A DNA stretch of 64,000 nt, from contig ML978130.1 in assembly GCA_010015805.1 (NCBI GenBank), forward strand, positions 248,001-312,000, read 5' to 3'. The DNA comes from Rhizodiscina lignyota (Eukaryota). The notes under the pieces were generated by a model that did no database searches, was not told the DNA's origin, and saw only the letters and a list, made by a program, of their open reading frames with translations. The translations under genes and the position numbers were made by a program. This document shows, one piece after another, positions 26,804 to 38,247 of this stretch. How positions within the stretch are numbered: position 1 is the stretch's first letter; the number at the start of each line of letters is the position of its first letter.

Positions 26804-27972
26804 GGTGAAGGGTGTTGTTGTCGGCGTTTGGAGGGACGGGTTGGTGAAGTTGTAGAAGTTTCGAGTCAATGGCAAGTGTATTTGAGGAAAATGTTTCGTG
26901 AATCCCTGCTGGTGTTAGTAGTCCTCCTCTTCTCCTAGTTTTCACACGACTATAACCGCATTGTGTGAGTCGAGTGTTGGTGTTGAAATTAGGTGAGAGG
27001 GAGCTTGCAAACGGAAGGTTGTCGCAGGAACACTTTGTGGCTGGGAGCTTGGACCATTTCTTGGCAGGGAAATGTATTATGTCAGCACCAGCAGCGCACT
27101 CTTTTGCCTGGCTTCAAAGTCAAATGCGACGAGGTGGCTTCTATTGCCAATACACCCAACGGTCAACGCTGTTTCGATTTCGATATAGCTTTCCTTTTAC
27201 TCTTTGAAACTACTGTCGAACGTTGACAATAGTGATGAGGCGCGTATCGACTTCGCTATGATCAGTAATTGCCGTACAAGTGCATAAGTGAAGGGTTTCT
27301 TTCTTCATGGCAAGCCATATCGTCACTGAAGATTTACATTCTATTCTAATTTCTCTTCGTCGAAGGCAGTTGCGCTGGCGCCGAAGCTTGTGATACTGTT
27401 TAGTATTCTACCCTTCTTTTCCTGCCGCTACTCGCGCTAATTGTCGCTGTATCAAAGGTCTACAAGTAATGGCATAGTGTACGTCATGTGCACCAGTCAT
27501 CTCTTGCAGCCATCAGCGGAACGTCTGATTTTTTTTACCCTTATCCCAACTTCGAAATGGCACATTCGTCCCGGCCCGTCAGCGCTAAACCAGCTCAAGC
27601 GTGATAAATAGCTTGGCTGTTGCTTTCAAGGCATTCAACAGCTGAAACGAGGTAGCCTCTATAACTAACAAAACATAGGTTCGTAACAGTATGCTCATTA
27701 TTATGTACATCTCGAAGAACACAATACCAAGGTTTCAGAGGTAATCTTGCATACCTCGAAGTGCAAAAGCTGCTCGCTAATAGGCATTTCATCTTGCCCA
27801 GTCGGTCCGAACCCGTAGTTCTTACTTCATTTTCTTTAGCTTCGGTCCAGTTGCAGTGCACCCCGTCAGAACGGATGGCCCGATTCAACTCAGTTCAGGT
27901 ACCTTCGATGACAATCAAACATTTCCGTTCGCAACTCCGGAGGTCAGACTTCTTAGCTGACTGATCTTTGAC

Positions 27973-29559
27973 TTACCGCTCTTTCGCACTGAGCTTCACG
28001 TACAGAGGATTCTTAGACCACAGGGCCCATGCCTTCTGGTCAAACCAATCGCCGGTTCTTTCGGCATCGAGAGAAAGATCGAAGTGGAAAAGCACCTTGG
28101 CTAGAATGAGCCGCATCTCGGCGTATGCAAGATTTCGGCCAATGCAGTTTCGCGTTCCGAGAGAAAACGGTTGAAGGGCTCCGCGGTTGTCGTTGACGAA
28201 TTCACCGCTTTCCTTTGCCTCGTCCAGAAATCGCTCTGGTATAAATTCACTCGGCCGGTGGAAGTTTGAGGACATGCCGAATGCACTCATGAAATGGACT
28301 CCAACTGTGGTCTATTGACATCATTAGCCAGATATTCTGGAGACATTGACTATACAACTTACACCAGCAGGAACAAACTTTCCACACACTGTAGCGCCTC
28401 CGTTAGGCGTAATCCGGACTGCGGGTCGCGGCACCGCTGGATAGATTCGTTGAGCTTCGTCCAGCACTGCCAGCATGTAGTCCAACTGCGAAACAGAGAA
28501 CAGGGTGATCTCGCTTGTATCAGCAAAAGCCGAGCGGATCTCTTGTGTGGCCTTGTTCAGTTTGTCTGGATGTTGAAGCAGAAGGCATGTTGCCGCTGAG
28601 AGGACAGTCGCCGTCGTTTCCGAGCCTCCAAGTACCAAAACGGAGGCGTTATTCAGCATTTCTGCTTTCGACATGCCTTGTCCGCTCTTATTGTCACCAG
28701 CACTCTTTGCAATGACACGGTCCCAGAAGTCGCCACGTTCCGCGTTGTACTGGATGCGGCGCTCGATCTTGTCTTCGGAATATCGGTAATTCTCCTTTCG
28801 TCCCGAGACAACGTCTTGCGGGAGAAGCCAGCGACCGAAGGCCTCCAGGCCCCAGCTCTTCAATATATTGTTCTTCAAGCTGTACTCCACATTCTTCGGG
28901 ACTGCATACACCCACGGATGCACGCGCCGATCCTTGAGACAATTGAACGGGTCACCAAAGGCCAAGTCCCCAATTAGATCGAAGGTGACGAGGTTGTACC
29001 ACTCCACCATATCGGTTTGTTCGCCCGATCGAGCCATCTCGTCGAGTCGATCAACCAGCAAGTCGACATACTGTTTGATGAGCGGCTCTTGCTCGCGTAA
29101 TCCCTTCTCGGAGAACGCGTGCGCCAACAGTCGTCGATAGCGCGAATGGTTTTCTCGCTCTGCGCCTAGAATATTTGCGATGCCGTTCGGCGGCTTTTGC
29201 TGGCGCTTTGGGTCTTTGGGGAATTCCTCGTGCCCTGGCTTGTGGGCCATAACGTCCCGGAGGGCTTCCTCGCTCGCATAACTGAGTTCATTCGGCGCCA
29301 CACGTACGACATCACCGTATTTGAGATGAAGCTTGCGTACACTGATGACTTGGTCTCCGGTCCAGCCAGCGTAATTGGATGGTATGCTCGAGGCTTTCCA
29401 GAGCAGAGGCCCAGGGTATGAGCGGAGCGGATGGAAGAACACATTGTATATCATTCGCCCCAAGGCGTAGAGAAGCGTGCCACATGTTAGTATCAACAAA
29501 CTGACTATGGCAAAGCTGGCGGCATTGAAGATGGGATTATCCATTGACATGACAGCCAT
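27973..29559 (-). CDS. Cytochrome P450 (CYP65-like), 2 exons
   Basis: N-terminal TM, HPLRSYPGP, GGSETT, ExxR (EAQR), PERF and FSLGTRNCIG. Confidence 0.95.
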
Positions 29560-30531
29560 CTTGTACGAAATTGATGTTGAACGAGGAGATGCGGGATAGG
29601 AAGTCGAGCAGGGAAATAATCATATTTACGATCTACGAATACTAATATATAACTACCTGCTGAATTTCACTCGGTCTCCGTGAGCTAAGGTGGCTGAGGT
29701 GAGGTAGACGTCAAGGAACGGATGGACGGCTGTCATCAAGTGCCACTCAGCATCAGGGCATGTATTCTGGTATGAAGCCGTTGTCGCTTGTCAACGGCCC
29801 GGTGGCCGATTTTGACGTCAAACGAGCCAAAAGGAGCGTATACTGCGAACAGAAGTGGAGTATTGCTGTATCGGACCAGAATCCAGTGCATTTCCGTGCA
29901 GAGTAGGTAAGCTGGACCTCTTCTCCGACAACCACACTTTCGCCCTGCACCATGATATCTAATAGGAAAAGCTTTTGGTGGCCTCGCACAATTTTGCGAA
30001 ATATTTTCGCGTCACACCCAGGCAAAACGCATTTTCTAGGGTAGTCTTTAGGGTTCCTGTTATTGTGCGGAGGTCTTCGTCTGGGCCCATGACTTCCAAC
30101 ATTGCGTTCGATTGGTTGATCCAAGGAAAGTGCTGACACCGCCGGAATTGGTAGGGCGGTGAAATTTATTTGCACCGCTGTTCGAGCGAATCGCCCAAGT
30201 GTGTACGTGTGAAAGGCTATCGGGGTATCTACGTCCTCTTGTACTGGAAGAGGGTGGTGATAAACCCTAGCATTCGGGTCTGACCACATGGATCTGTGGC
30301 GATATGGTTATGTTGAGTCATGTATCCCTGCAATTGATTGCAACATTAAATGGAGGGTGATAACAGCCACAGCCTTCCATTAGGTCCTATCTGCACTTGC
30401 CTCCAGGAAACCATATGAAGAAGGAAATTGATGAAAAAGAGGTGAACGAATGGCAAGAATGTTCGTGAAGGTCATATCCGTTTGAATCCATCAAATCCAA
30501 CCCAACCACCATGGAAAGGAACATAATCAAT

Positions 30532-32238
30532 TTAAAAAGCCACCTCTCCCAGCCTTGGGCCCTTCCCACCTTCCCAGTCGAGCCTCTCGTAGTACCGAAA
30601 GACCAAATCATATCCATCCAGATCATGCACGATGCGATCAACGCGCCGGTAGCCCTGGATGCAGTCCATTCTCGAACTCTTCTTGGCTTCTTTCAAGCCT
30701 CCGTTCATCTCGCCATACTCCTTCTTGGCCTCAAAGAGTGTGACGCTGAACCTGCCAGGCTTGAAGATACGAACAACTTGCTCCACAATGTCTGCGGTCT
30801 CCCGACCAGTTTGACGGGCAGGAACGTTCGTCTCGAAGGAAGCGTAGCTGCATTGTGGCTCAGGAGTTACATGCACAGTGAAGTAGTGCGTCGCGTTTGG
30901 TTCGCCGGGCCCCACAGGAGCTGGTACGACTCCATTGGCGGAGAAGCCGCATGGAGTGAAGAGGTACGCGTCGACACGTGCATCGGGGTACCTGGATGTC
31001 GAATACACATCGCTGAGTCCACAAGTCTCGGAGACGATGGTACCGAGGGCATGGCCTTCGGTCGCAAGCTCTTCTGGGAAAGTGAGAGCCTCCTCGTCCG
31101 AAGACGAAAAACCATCCTTGTCCAGGTAGGCAGCAGCCTGTTGTTCGAAGACGTCGAAAGTTCCATCAGCGTTCGGAGTACGTGCGCCATTGCCATCGAT
31201 TAGCGTACTTCCGGCGAGACTGGAATTTGGTGAGATTTCTAATCCAGTGATTCCAGCATCGACTTCGTGAATGGTCCCAAGGTGCTCCAAAGCATTCTTC
31301 CTCGCCTCACGAGCCCTCTGGAAGTGACGACCTTCAGCGACCGCACTCGCCTCCTCGAGATAGAACTGTCGAGCGTTCTGCTCATCGAGGTCGGTCATAA
31401 GCACCTCCAAAGTCTCGTCAGACTCGCCCCCTGACATTTCCTCACCATCGGAAGCCTGAACCTGGTACTGTGGCATGTTTAGATACCTCGTTGCAGTCTT
31501 TGAAATGCCTAACTTCTCACTGTCCGGAGAAGGCGGCGGTGTCAAGCGGGTATTTGGGCCTGTGATGTATAGATACCAATGCTCGCCATTCATCTTCCCA
31601 ATCATGTATGCACTTCCTCCTACGAAGAGGCGATCGAGGAAGTGAACTTCGTCTCGCCAGCTGCGGTGAGGACCGCGTTGCTGGTCAGGATAGAGGTAGT
31701 TCTTGCGACTATAAAAGATACGGTATGGCGAGGCTTGAGCCGAAATGCCCCTAATTGGGTCTGCAGGAACATGTGGAAAACCTGCATCCGTAGCAGCGAT
31801 TTCCAAAAGGCGAGGCAATCCGAGGAGCAAGGTTGTTGTGCCGCAAGTCTTCAAGACAACCTTGTGCGGGAAGACGAACATGCTTGATTCAGAGAGAAGA
31901 TATGCATCAACATGCTCCGACTCGATGACGGAGAGGACTTTGCAGTTGACCAGATCAAGCATGTCTTTCCAGGTATCGACTGACACTGCCTTTAATCCCA
32001 GAGGACCAGTCGTTGCCGGCAAGGCGGCCGGAGATGGACTGAACCATACTTCTAGCAGCTTTTCAGGACCTGTTGCTGTTAGGGATAGTCGTGCTAAAGG
32101 TTTGGGAGTTAACTCACCTTCGAAGGCATTGCTAGAGTCGAGGTCAATAGTGGCCTCGCGATTGATGGTCAGATGCGGCGTCCCTACAAACGAGGACGGC
32201 GAAGCTGTATAGTGTTTGGGAATGTCAATATTGACCAT
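30532..32238 (-). CDS. SPE2: S-adenosylmethionine decarboxylase proenzyme (in-frame 48-nt intron 32070-32117)
   Basis: AFEG|PEKLLEVWF, YLLSESS autocleavage site, KTCGTT, FTPCGFS and HVTPEPQCSYASFETN. Confidence 0.97.
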   Translation of the reverse strand: MVNIDIPKHYTASPSSFVGTPHLTINREATIDLDSSNAFEGELTPKPLARLSLTATGPEKLLEVWFSPSPAALPATTGPLGLKAVSVDTWKDMLDLVNCKVLSVIESEHVDAYLLSESSMFVFPHKVVLKTCGTTTLLLGLPRLLEIAATDAGFPHVPADPIRGISAQASPYRIFYSRKNYLYPDQQRGPHRSWRDEVHFLDRLFVGGSAYMIGKMNGEHWYLYITGPNTRLTPPPSPDSEKLGISKTATRYLNMPQYQVQASDGEEMSGGESDETLEVLMTDLDEQNARQFYLEEASAVAEGRHFQRAREARKNALEHLGTIHEVDAGITGLEISPNSSLAGSTLIDGNGARTPNADGTFDVFEQQAAAYLDKDGFSSSDEEALTFPEELATEGHALGTIVSETCGLSDVYSTSRYPDARVDAYLFTPCGFSANGVVPAPVGPGEPNATHYFTVHVTPEPQCSYASFETNVPARQTGRETADIVEQVVRIFKPGRFSVTLFEAKKEYGEMNGGLKEAKKSSRMDCIQGYRRVDRIVHDLDGYDLVFRYYERLDWEGGKGPRLGEVAF

Positions 32239-32346
32239 CTCCGTGCAGGATGCCTTGGCAGAGTGTATCCTTGTTGGATGTTGTAACTTGAAGGTTGGAA
32301 AGGCGAGGCTGCCGAGAGCTGCTGAGAGCTGCTAGGTCGATTTGAG

Positions 32347-32626
32347 GCGCACTGACAGTGAAGCGCTATCTGCCCCCAGACGAACAATGCGGTGCTCGTC
32401 CGAAAGAGAAGGCCCACAAAAAGTGGGAGATTGTGGAGGCTGGCTTTTGCCAGCAGCAGTCGGGTGTTTATCAGGAAACGCCTTTGGAGACGTTAGGGAG
32501 GCCTTGCGGAAAGGAGAAGGAAGAAGGCTCGGCGCCGCGAAATGGTGCCTATCGTTTGTGTTCCTCGAACTGATAGATTCCGATACCCTGGTGAAGTATC
32601 GGGACCAGCAGACGAGGATATCTGCT
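32347..32626 (-). promoter_or_regulatory. Hairpin-rich segment of the SPE2 5' leader
   Basis: Short inverted repeats at 32607-32626, 32580-32602, 32439-32454, 32413-32427, 32379-32400 and 32347-32366. Confidence 0.55.
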
Positions 32627-32683
32627 AAGGTTGAATTTGGGGGGTTAAAGGGAAGCGGGGATCGAAAGTGTTCGTTGCTCGGG

Positions 32684-32821
32684 TTATCTGGGCCTGAGAT
32701 GAAGTTGTTAGCATTCTTCTTCAACTTTGTGCCCTTTAATATCCTTCTCAACAAGAATGAGTGGGTTCTCAACGTACTTTGCTGGCTTAGATAGAATTCG
32801 TACGAGGTCCTCTCGACGCAT
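32684..32821 (-). CDS. Spliced upstream ORF (17 aa, MRREDLVRILSKPAKPR) in the SPE2 leader
   Basis: ATG at 32821; intron 32777-32694 (GTACGT...GCTAAC...CAG); TAA at 32686-32684. Confidence 0.7.
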
Positions 32822-34180
32822 GGAAGGAGCCTACAGATGGAGTGTGGAAGGCAGCCTCAATCAATAACTACCACCGTTTAACAGTAACAGTTGATTGAAG
32901 GAATCCAGCTTGTCGACGTATCGTCGTTGAAGTGGTTTTGATGGTCGGTATGAGGCAATTGAAAAGTTTTAACCTTGCTGGTGGGCTTGGGTAGCTCGAG
33001 CGGCGGATGACGTTTAAAAGGCACGCGACCGCTCGTGGAAGTGGCGACTTTCCCAAGTTTGTTGTGCTAGAAATTCGACGTAGAGAACAAGCAGCAGTGA
33101 CGTGTCACAGGCTGGAGCAGTGTAAGGTGAGGCGACTTGTATGTGGTGGTGAAAGGCGGAGAGGAATTTGGGCTAGGTGCATGTGCGTTATTTTCTCACG
33201 CTACGTCAATCCTTGGCACGAAAATCGCCGATTGACAGGTACGATACGAATCTGCCACATGTCTGACAAACAACTTTGTTCTGTACATGTATGTATGTAT
33301 AGCAGCTCTAGCAAGGGCTCAACGGCGTGCTAATATATGGTCAATAATGCGTGCTTGTCCCTCAGACATTCAGCAACCGATCCACGCAACAATCATGCCT
33401 GCTGTGATAGTCATTTCTCTTCTAATCTTTGCAATGCAGCTCACCGACACTACAGATACACCAATAAACACTACGGAGGCGCATCGAGCGAACATAACAC
33501 CCTGTTTAAATGAATTTTAGACGGCCGAAACTTGCATCGATAGTGAATGAGCGCTTTCTAGTGCCCTCAACGCGCGTGGACAGTTGGAACCTTCGGAAGC
33601 TGAACAAGCCTTCGACCAGAACCATCCGAACCCGCAATGCAATCAGGGGGGCCCAAAACCCAAAAACATAAATGCTATCCTCCCCAGCGCTTTTAGAAAT
33701 CGATCTGGTTACTATTGGCTTTCAGATCGTGAGATCCGCCTGTGTGCCACGCTTCAAGCACTCGTCATCGATCATATGCATTAAGCCGGGCGTTTGTTTG
33801 TACCGCCGATGCTGAATGAGTTCCGTCTGTATGATGAAAACATGTCGATGGTGTTTTGAAACGAGCGTAATGTAGCTGGATCCGATAGGTGACGATATCA
33901 ATACAGCGAGGTCTATGCTTTTGTCCACCACTTGTACAGTTGCACAGAAAAGATATCGCAGACTTTGCAAAATTCACGCGAAGCAATCAGTAAGATGTGG
34001 AGGTGGATGAGGAGAAAGAATAGAAGTAGGCTGAAGGTGGTGGTGGTCCAGGGGCTGATCCTGATCTAGGCCCCGGCTTCGGCGGCCGAGTTTGGTTAGC
34101 TTGCCAGCCATGGACGACGGATATATTCAGATCAGCGAGGATACCAAGTCAAAGACCCGGCTCTATTATCTATTTCCAGT

Positions 34181-35119
34181 ATGGATGTCTCTCTTGACCT
34201 TACGGACACGCACGTCCTCATTACTGGTGGCGCTGGCCTCATCGGTTCCTCTGTTGTGAAGGCTTTCCAAGCCGCTGGCGCACGAGTCTCGAGCCTTGAT
34301 ATAAAGTACCCTCGAGAGCCACGCTTCGTCCCATCAGGGCTGAATGCAGGATCTGCAGGTCCAGGATATGTTGAACACCATGTCGACATCACTTCGGAAG
34401 AAAGCGTAAAGACAGCATTCGACTTCGCCGCCGACAAACTTGGGCCCGTCAGTGTCTGTATAGCACTCGGTGCATTAGACTTCAGCGTCATTGAGCATCA
34501 TGACAGTGCGACGACACTTTCTGCGGAGCAATTTAGAAGAACGCTAGATGTTAACGTTACGGGGACGTTCATTACTGCGCGTGAATGGTTGCGTGGACTG
34601 AACAATTTGCCGAAGACCAAGAAGCTAAAGAACCCTGGCCTAATAATCATTGGGAGCGAAAGTGGAGTGTATGGTTCGAAAGGCAACGCAGACTATGGGA
34701 CGAGCAAAAGTGCAGTTCAAGTGGGCATGTTGAAAAGTTTCGCGGCGGATGCACCAAGGATATGGGAGGGTGCCAGGTACGTTACAATATTCGTCGTTCT
34801 CTTCCCTCTTCTTGAGGTCACATTTGTTCATTTATGACATAGAGTAAACGCAGTTGCCCCTGGCGCTGTCGATACAGAGCGCTTCAAGGAGGAGTGCAGA
34901 GAGGACCCTTTTCAATATTACACTGATGCGCAAGCGACGGTAGCGTTGTGCAAGCCGATTCCCCTGGAACGCGTCGCAAAGACAATCCTGTTTCTTGCGA
35001 GCGAAAGCTTCAGCGGTAATATCCATGGACAGCTGATTTCTGTGAATTCAGGAAAGCAAGGGAAGTTACTCTACACAGAAGCAGAAGGGAGGAAGCGGAA
35101 TCCGTACTTAGAGTCTTAG
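34181..35119 (+). CDS. Short-chain dehydrogenase/reductase (2 exons)
   Basis: TGGAGLIG, YGTSK (YxxxK) and RVNAVAPG across the intron. Confidence 0.92.
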
Positions 35120-35978
35120 ACTGAGCCTGTGGGTTAATTCAACGAAGATCTCAGGTGGACTTCCGCTATCTTGTGAGCGATAATGGACATGGAGCAATCT
35201 ACACTCTGTTTTTATGCATAATGACACTCATAACATTCAGACCTGGATCTGCGTGATCTCGACTTATCCACGAGCTCATCACTCTCACCAGTTTGGACAG
35301 ATTGACACAATGAGATTCTGTCAGCGAAATACCGTCCATAAAAAGGTGATCTAGAAAGAGAATTAAATATATATATATATTGACAAGCCTTCCCCTTTTG
35401 GATAGTGCGTTGAGCGATTCCGATACGACACCTTCCTTGGCGGGGGCGCTGTCGCCCTTTTCTTTCGACTCAATGTTGCCTTCGACTCCTTATCTTCTCA
35501 GCCTATTCTGAGGACTGGGGCCATACCTACACCGCTCACAAAGTATTAAGAACTATCATTTATGGCTCACATCGAGGAAATTGGAGTTTAATGAAAGAGG
35601 TAGTAGTCGACGCGTCGAATTTAGGATCTCTAACGCGACGCGACGCGTCTCCGTCACTGGTGTCAATTGAGCTTTCACGATAAGTACCTACAGAGCCAGT
35701 CTTCATCCAAGACGTGCAGATCCTCGGAATATTATAGCTCCTACCCAACACGTTCTCCACTCTACCTCTAATATGAAGCTGACATCTTAGGAAGCTTGAT
35801 TGGTGCTTCTACCTGCGGGCATTTACATTCCGTTACGTCAACTACTTTCGCACCCCGCTCTCTGATTGCCATTGCAGTTGACTTGTGTTTCCGAGATCGA
35901 TGTTGCTTCATTCTGGGATGCACATACATCTTCACTTGAATACTATTGAGATTTATTCTTCATCTATAGTTTTGCAAA

Positions 35979-37769
35979 ATGGCAGCTAAACAGATTTCAG
36001 ATGTTCCAGCTCCTGGAATCAACGGCACTCCCAAAAGCATCGGGTGGGGTTCTGACGCCATTGTACAACAGCTATCCCGATTAAATATCCCTTACATGAC
36101 GATAGTACCGGGCTCGAGCTTTCGTGGTGCGCACGACAGTCTCGTAAACTTCAACGAAAATCGAAACCCGCAGATGCTGATCAGCCTTCACGAGGAACAT
36201 GCAATCGCCATTGCTCATGGGTACGCGAAAGTTACAGGAAAGCCGCTCGCAGTCGGGATACACGCGAATGTTGGACTGATGCATGCATCGATGGCAATCT
36301 ACAATGCCTTCTGCGATCGTGTACCAATGCTGATCCTTGGTGCAACTGGACCGCTTGATGCCATGAAAAGGCGACCCTGGATTGACTGGATCCATACTGC
36401 CATCGATCAAGCTGCGATCATCCGACCCTTCATCAAGTTCGATGATCAACCATACGGCGTCAATTCTGCTGTTCGGAGCCTTGTGAAGGCGACAGCCTCT
36501 ACAACATTGAAACCGAGCGCGCCAGTGTACGTATGCTTGGATGTTTCATTGCAAGAAGGCGAGGTTGACCCTAATTCGGTCTCTTTTCCTGATACGGAAC
36601 GATATTTCAACACTCAATCTCCGAACGGAAGTATACATGATGTTAGCAGCGTCGCAAAGCTTTTGACGACCTCCAAGAAACCACTGTTTCTACTCGGGAG
36701 ATTGAATCGGAGCCAACAGAACTGGAACGAGCGTGTACAACTCGCCGAGCGCTTTCATGCATTTGTCATGACCGACATCAAACAGGCCTCTCCATTTCCT
36801 ACTAAACACAAGCTGCATGCTTGTCCACCCAGCCTCTTCAATTCGCCGCAGGGCTCGGAAGTCATCCGACAGGCTGAACTCGTCATCGGGTTCGAATGGG
36901 TCGATCTCGCAGGCACCCTGCATGCTGCCTGTGGTCTGGATGCTGAACCATCTAGCAAGGTTGTGAACATCAGCCTGGATTCGGCACTGCACAATGGCTG
37001 GAGTAAAGATCATTTTGATACACCACCGGCCGATATCAGCATAACAGCAGATGCAGACAAGTTTCTCACTGCTTTGCTTGAGGAAACCAAGGATCTCACA
37101 CCTAGCGAAAATGAATGGAATGATGCTAAAGCACCAGAACCCGCTCCGCAGAACCCGCAGAACGACGACATCTACATGAGTAGTCTTGCAGAAGCCTTGA
37201 ATGCGACCATATCTCCGGACGAAGCTTGTCTTATCCGTGTACCACTTGGTTGGCGAGGCGCTGATCTGAACACCACACATCCACTGGGTTTCTTGGGTGC
37301 GGATGGTGCCTACGGCATTGGATCTGGACCAGGCCAAACAGTGGGTGCAGCCCTAGCACTGAAAGACACGACATATCTACCATATGCTGTGCTCGGTGAT
37401 GGAGACTACCTCATGAGCTCCTCTGCACTGTGGACAGCTGCCCGCTATCGCATCCCACTCTTAGTTGTAGTGGCAAACAACGGAAGCTACTACAACGACG
37501 AAGTGCATCAGGAGCGTGTGGCGAAAGTCCGGAGCAGACCAGTGGAGAACAAGTGGATCGGTATGAAGCTCGATGATCCGGCGCCAGATCTGAGCTTGAA
37601 CGCAAGATCACTGGGGCTCACCGTGCTTGGGGAGCAGGTTACGCGGCGCGGAGAGCTGAAGAATGTCTTGATGAAGGCAATACAAGAGGTGAAATCGGGG
37701 AAGCCCGTACTCGTGGATGTAAGGGTCTTACCCGATGGATATTCCAGCGCAATCGAGAAGGGCAAATGA
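35979..37769 (+). CDS. Thiamine diphosphate-dependent enzyme (benzoylformate decarboxylase/acetolactate synthase-like)
   Basis: Intronless 596 aa. LHEEHAIAIAHGYA and the ThDP motif GDG(x)n NN (VLGDGDYLM...VVANN). Confidence 0.92.
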   Translation: MAAKQISDVPAPGINGTPKSIGWGSDAIVQQLSRLNIPYMTIVPGSSFRGAHDSLVNFNENRNPQMLISLHEEHAIAIAHGYAKVTGKPLAVGIHANVGLMHASMAIYNAFCDRVPMLILGATGPLDAMKRRPWIDWIHTAIDQAAIIRPFIKFDDQPYGVNSAVRSLVKATASTTLKPSAPVYVCLDVSLQEGEVDPNSVSFPDTERYFNTQSPNGSIHDVSSVAKLLTTSKKPLFLLGRLNRSQQNWNERVQLAERFHAFVMTDIKQASPFPTKHKLHACPPSLFNSPQGSEVIRQAELVIGFEWVDLAGTLHAACGLDAEPSSKVVNISLDSALHNGWSKDHFDTPPADISITADADKFLTALLEETKDLTPSENEWNDAKAPEPAPQNPQNDDIYMSSLAEALNATISPDEACLIRVPLGWRGADLNTTHPLGFLGADGAYGIGSGPGQTVGAALALKDTTYLPYAVLGDGDYLMSSSALWTAARYRIPLLVVVANNGSYYNDEVHQERVAKVRSRPVENKWIGMKLDDPAPDLSLNARSLGLTVLGEQVTRRGELKNVLMKAIQEVKSGKPVLVDVRVLPDGYSSAIEKGK

Positions 37770-38247
37770 ACGACCAAAGATGATTCAAATGCGGGTTGTT
37801 CCTGTTGTGCTGCCGCACTTGCAGGTTGGATCCCGTCTGCATGGCGTTTCCCGCACCCAAGACTTCCTAACTTCATACTTGATTCGTTCAACGAGGAGTT
37901 AGCGTGCCTAATGTTAAATCAAAGTTCCGCGAAAGTCAGCTACTTGGAAGCATAGTACAGGATGCAGGCCAAGGACACTGACGATGCTTGTCCGCTGTAC
38001 TGGTGTCATTATACAAGATCTGAACTGAGACACTTGCCACCCTTCGAGAGTTACCTATACTGACTCTTGTGAACTACAAATATTTTGGCACCCTCCACTT
38101 CGCTCTGAAATCCCAATATGTGAGTGAGCAGCTTTCCTTTCATAAGACGCAGTCTCTACAGGAGCTAACGCCATGGAAGATTGAAGGCTGCTATCCGCAC
38201 AACACATAACGCGAATAAAACGGAACACTCATACAGGCTTCTTCAAC

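Noticed and set aside
29753..30289. 178-aa minus-strand ORF upstream of the P450
   Set aside because: No motif or coding-like composition; likely promoter region.
32332..32794. 146-150 aa ORFs in the SPE2 leader
   Set aside because: They have non-ATG starts and run through the intron or antisense; the spliced uORF explains the region better.
35366..35381. (AT)n run
   Set aside because: Short ordinary microsatellite.
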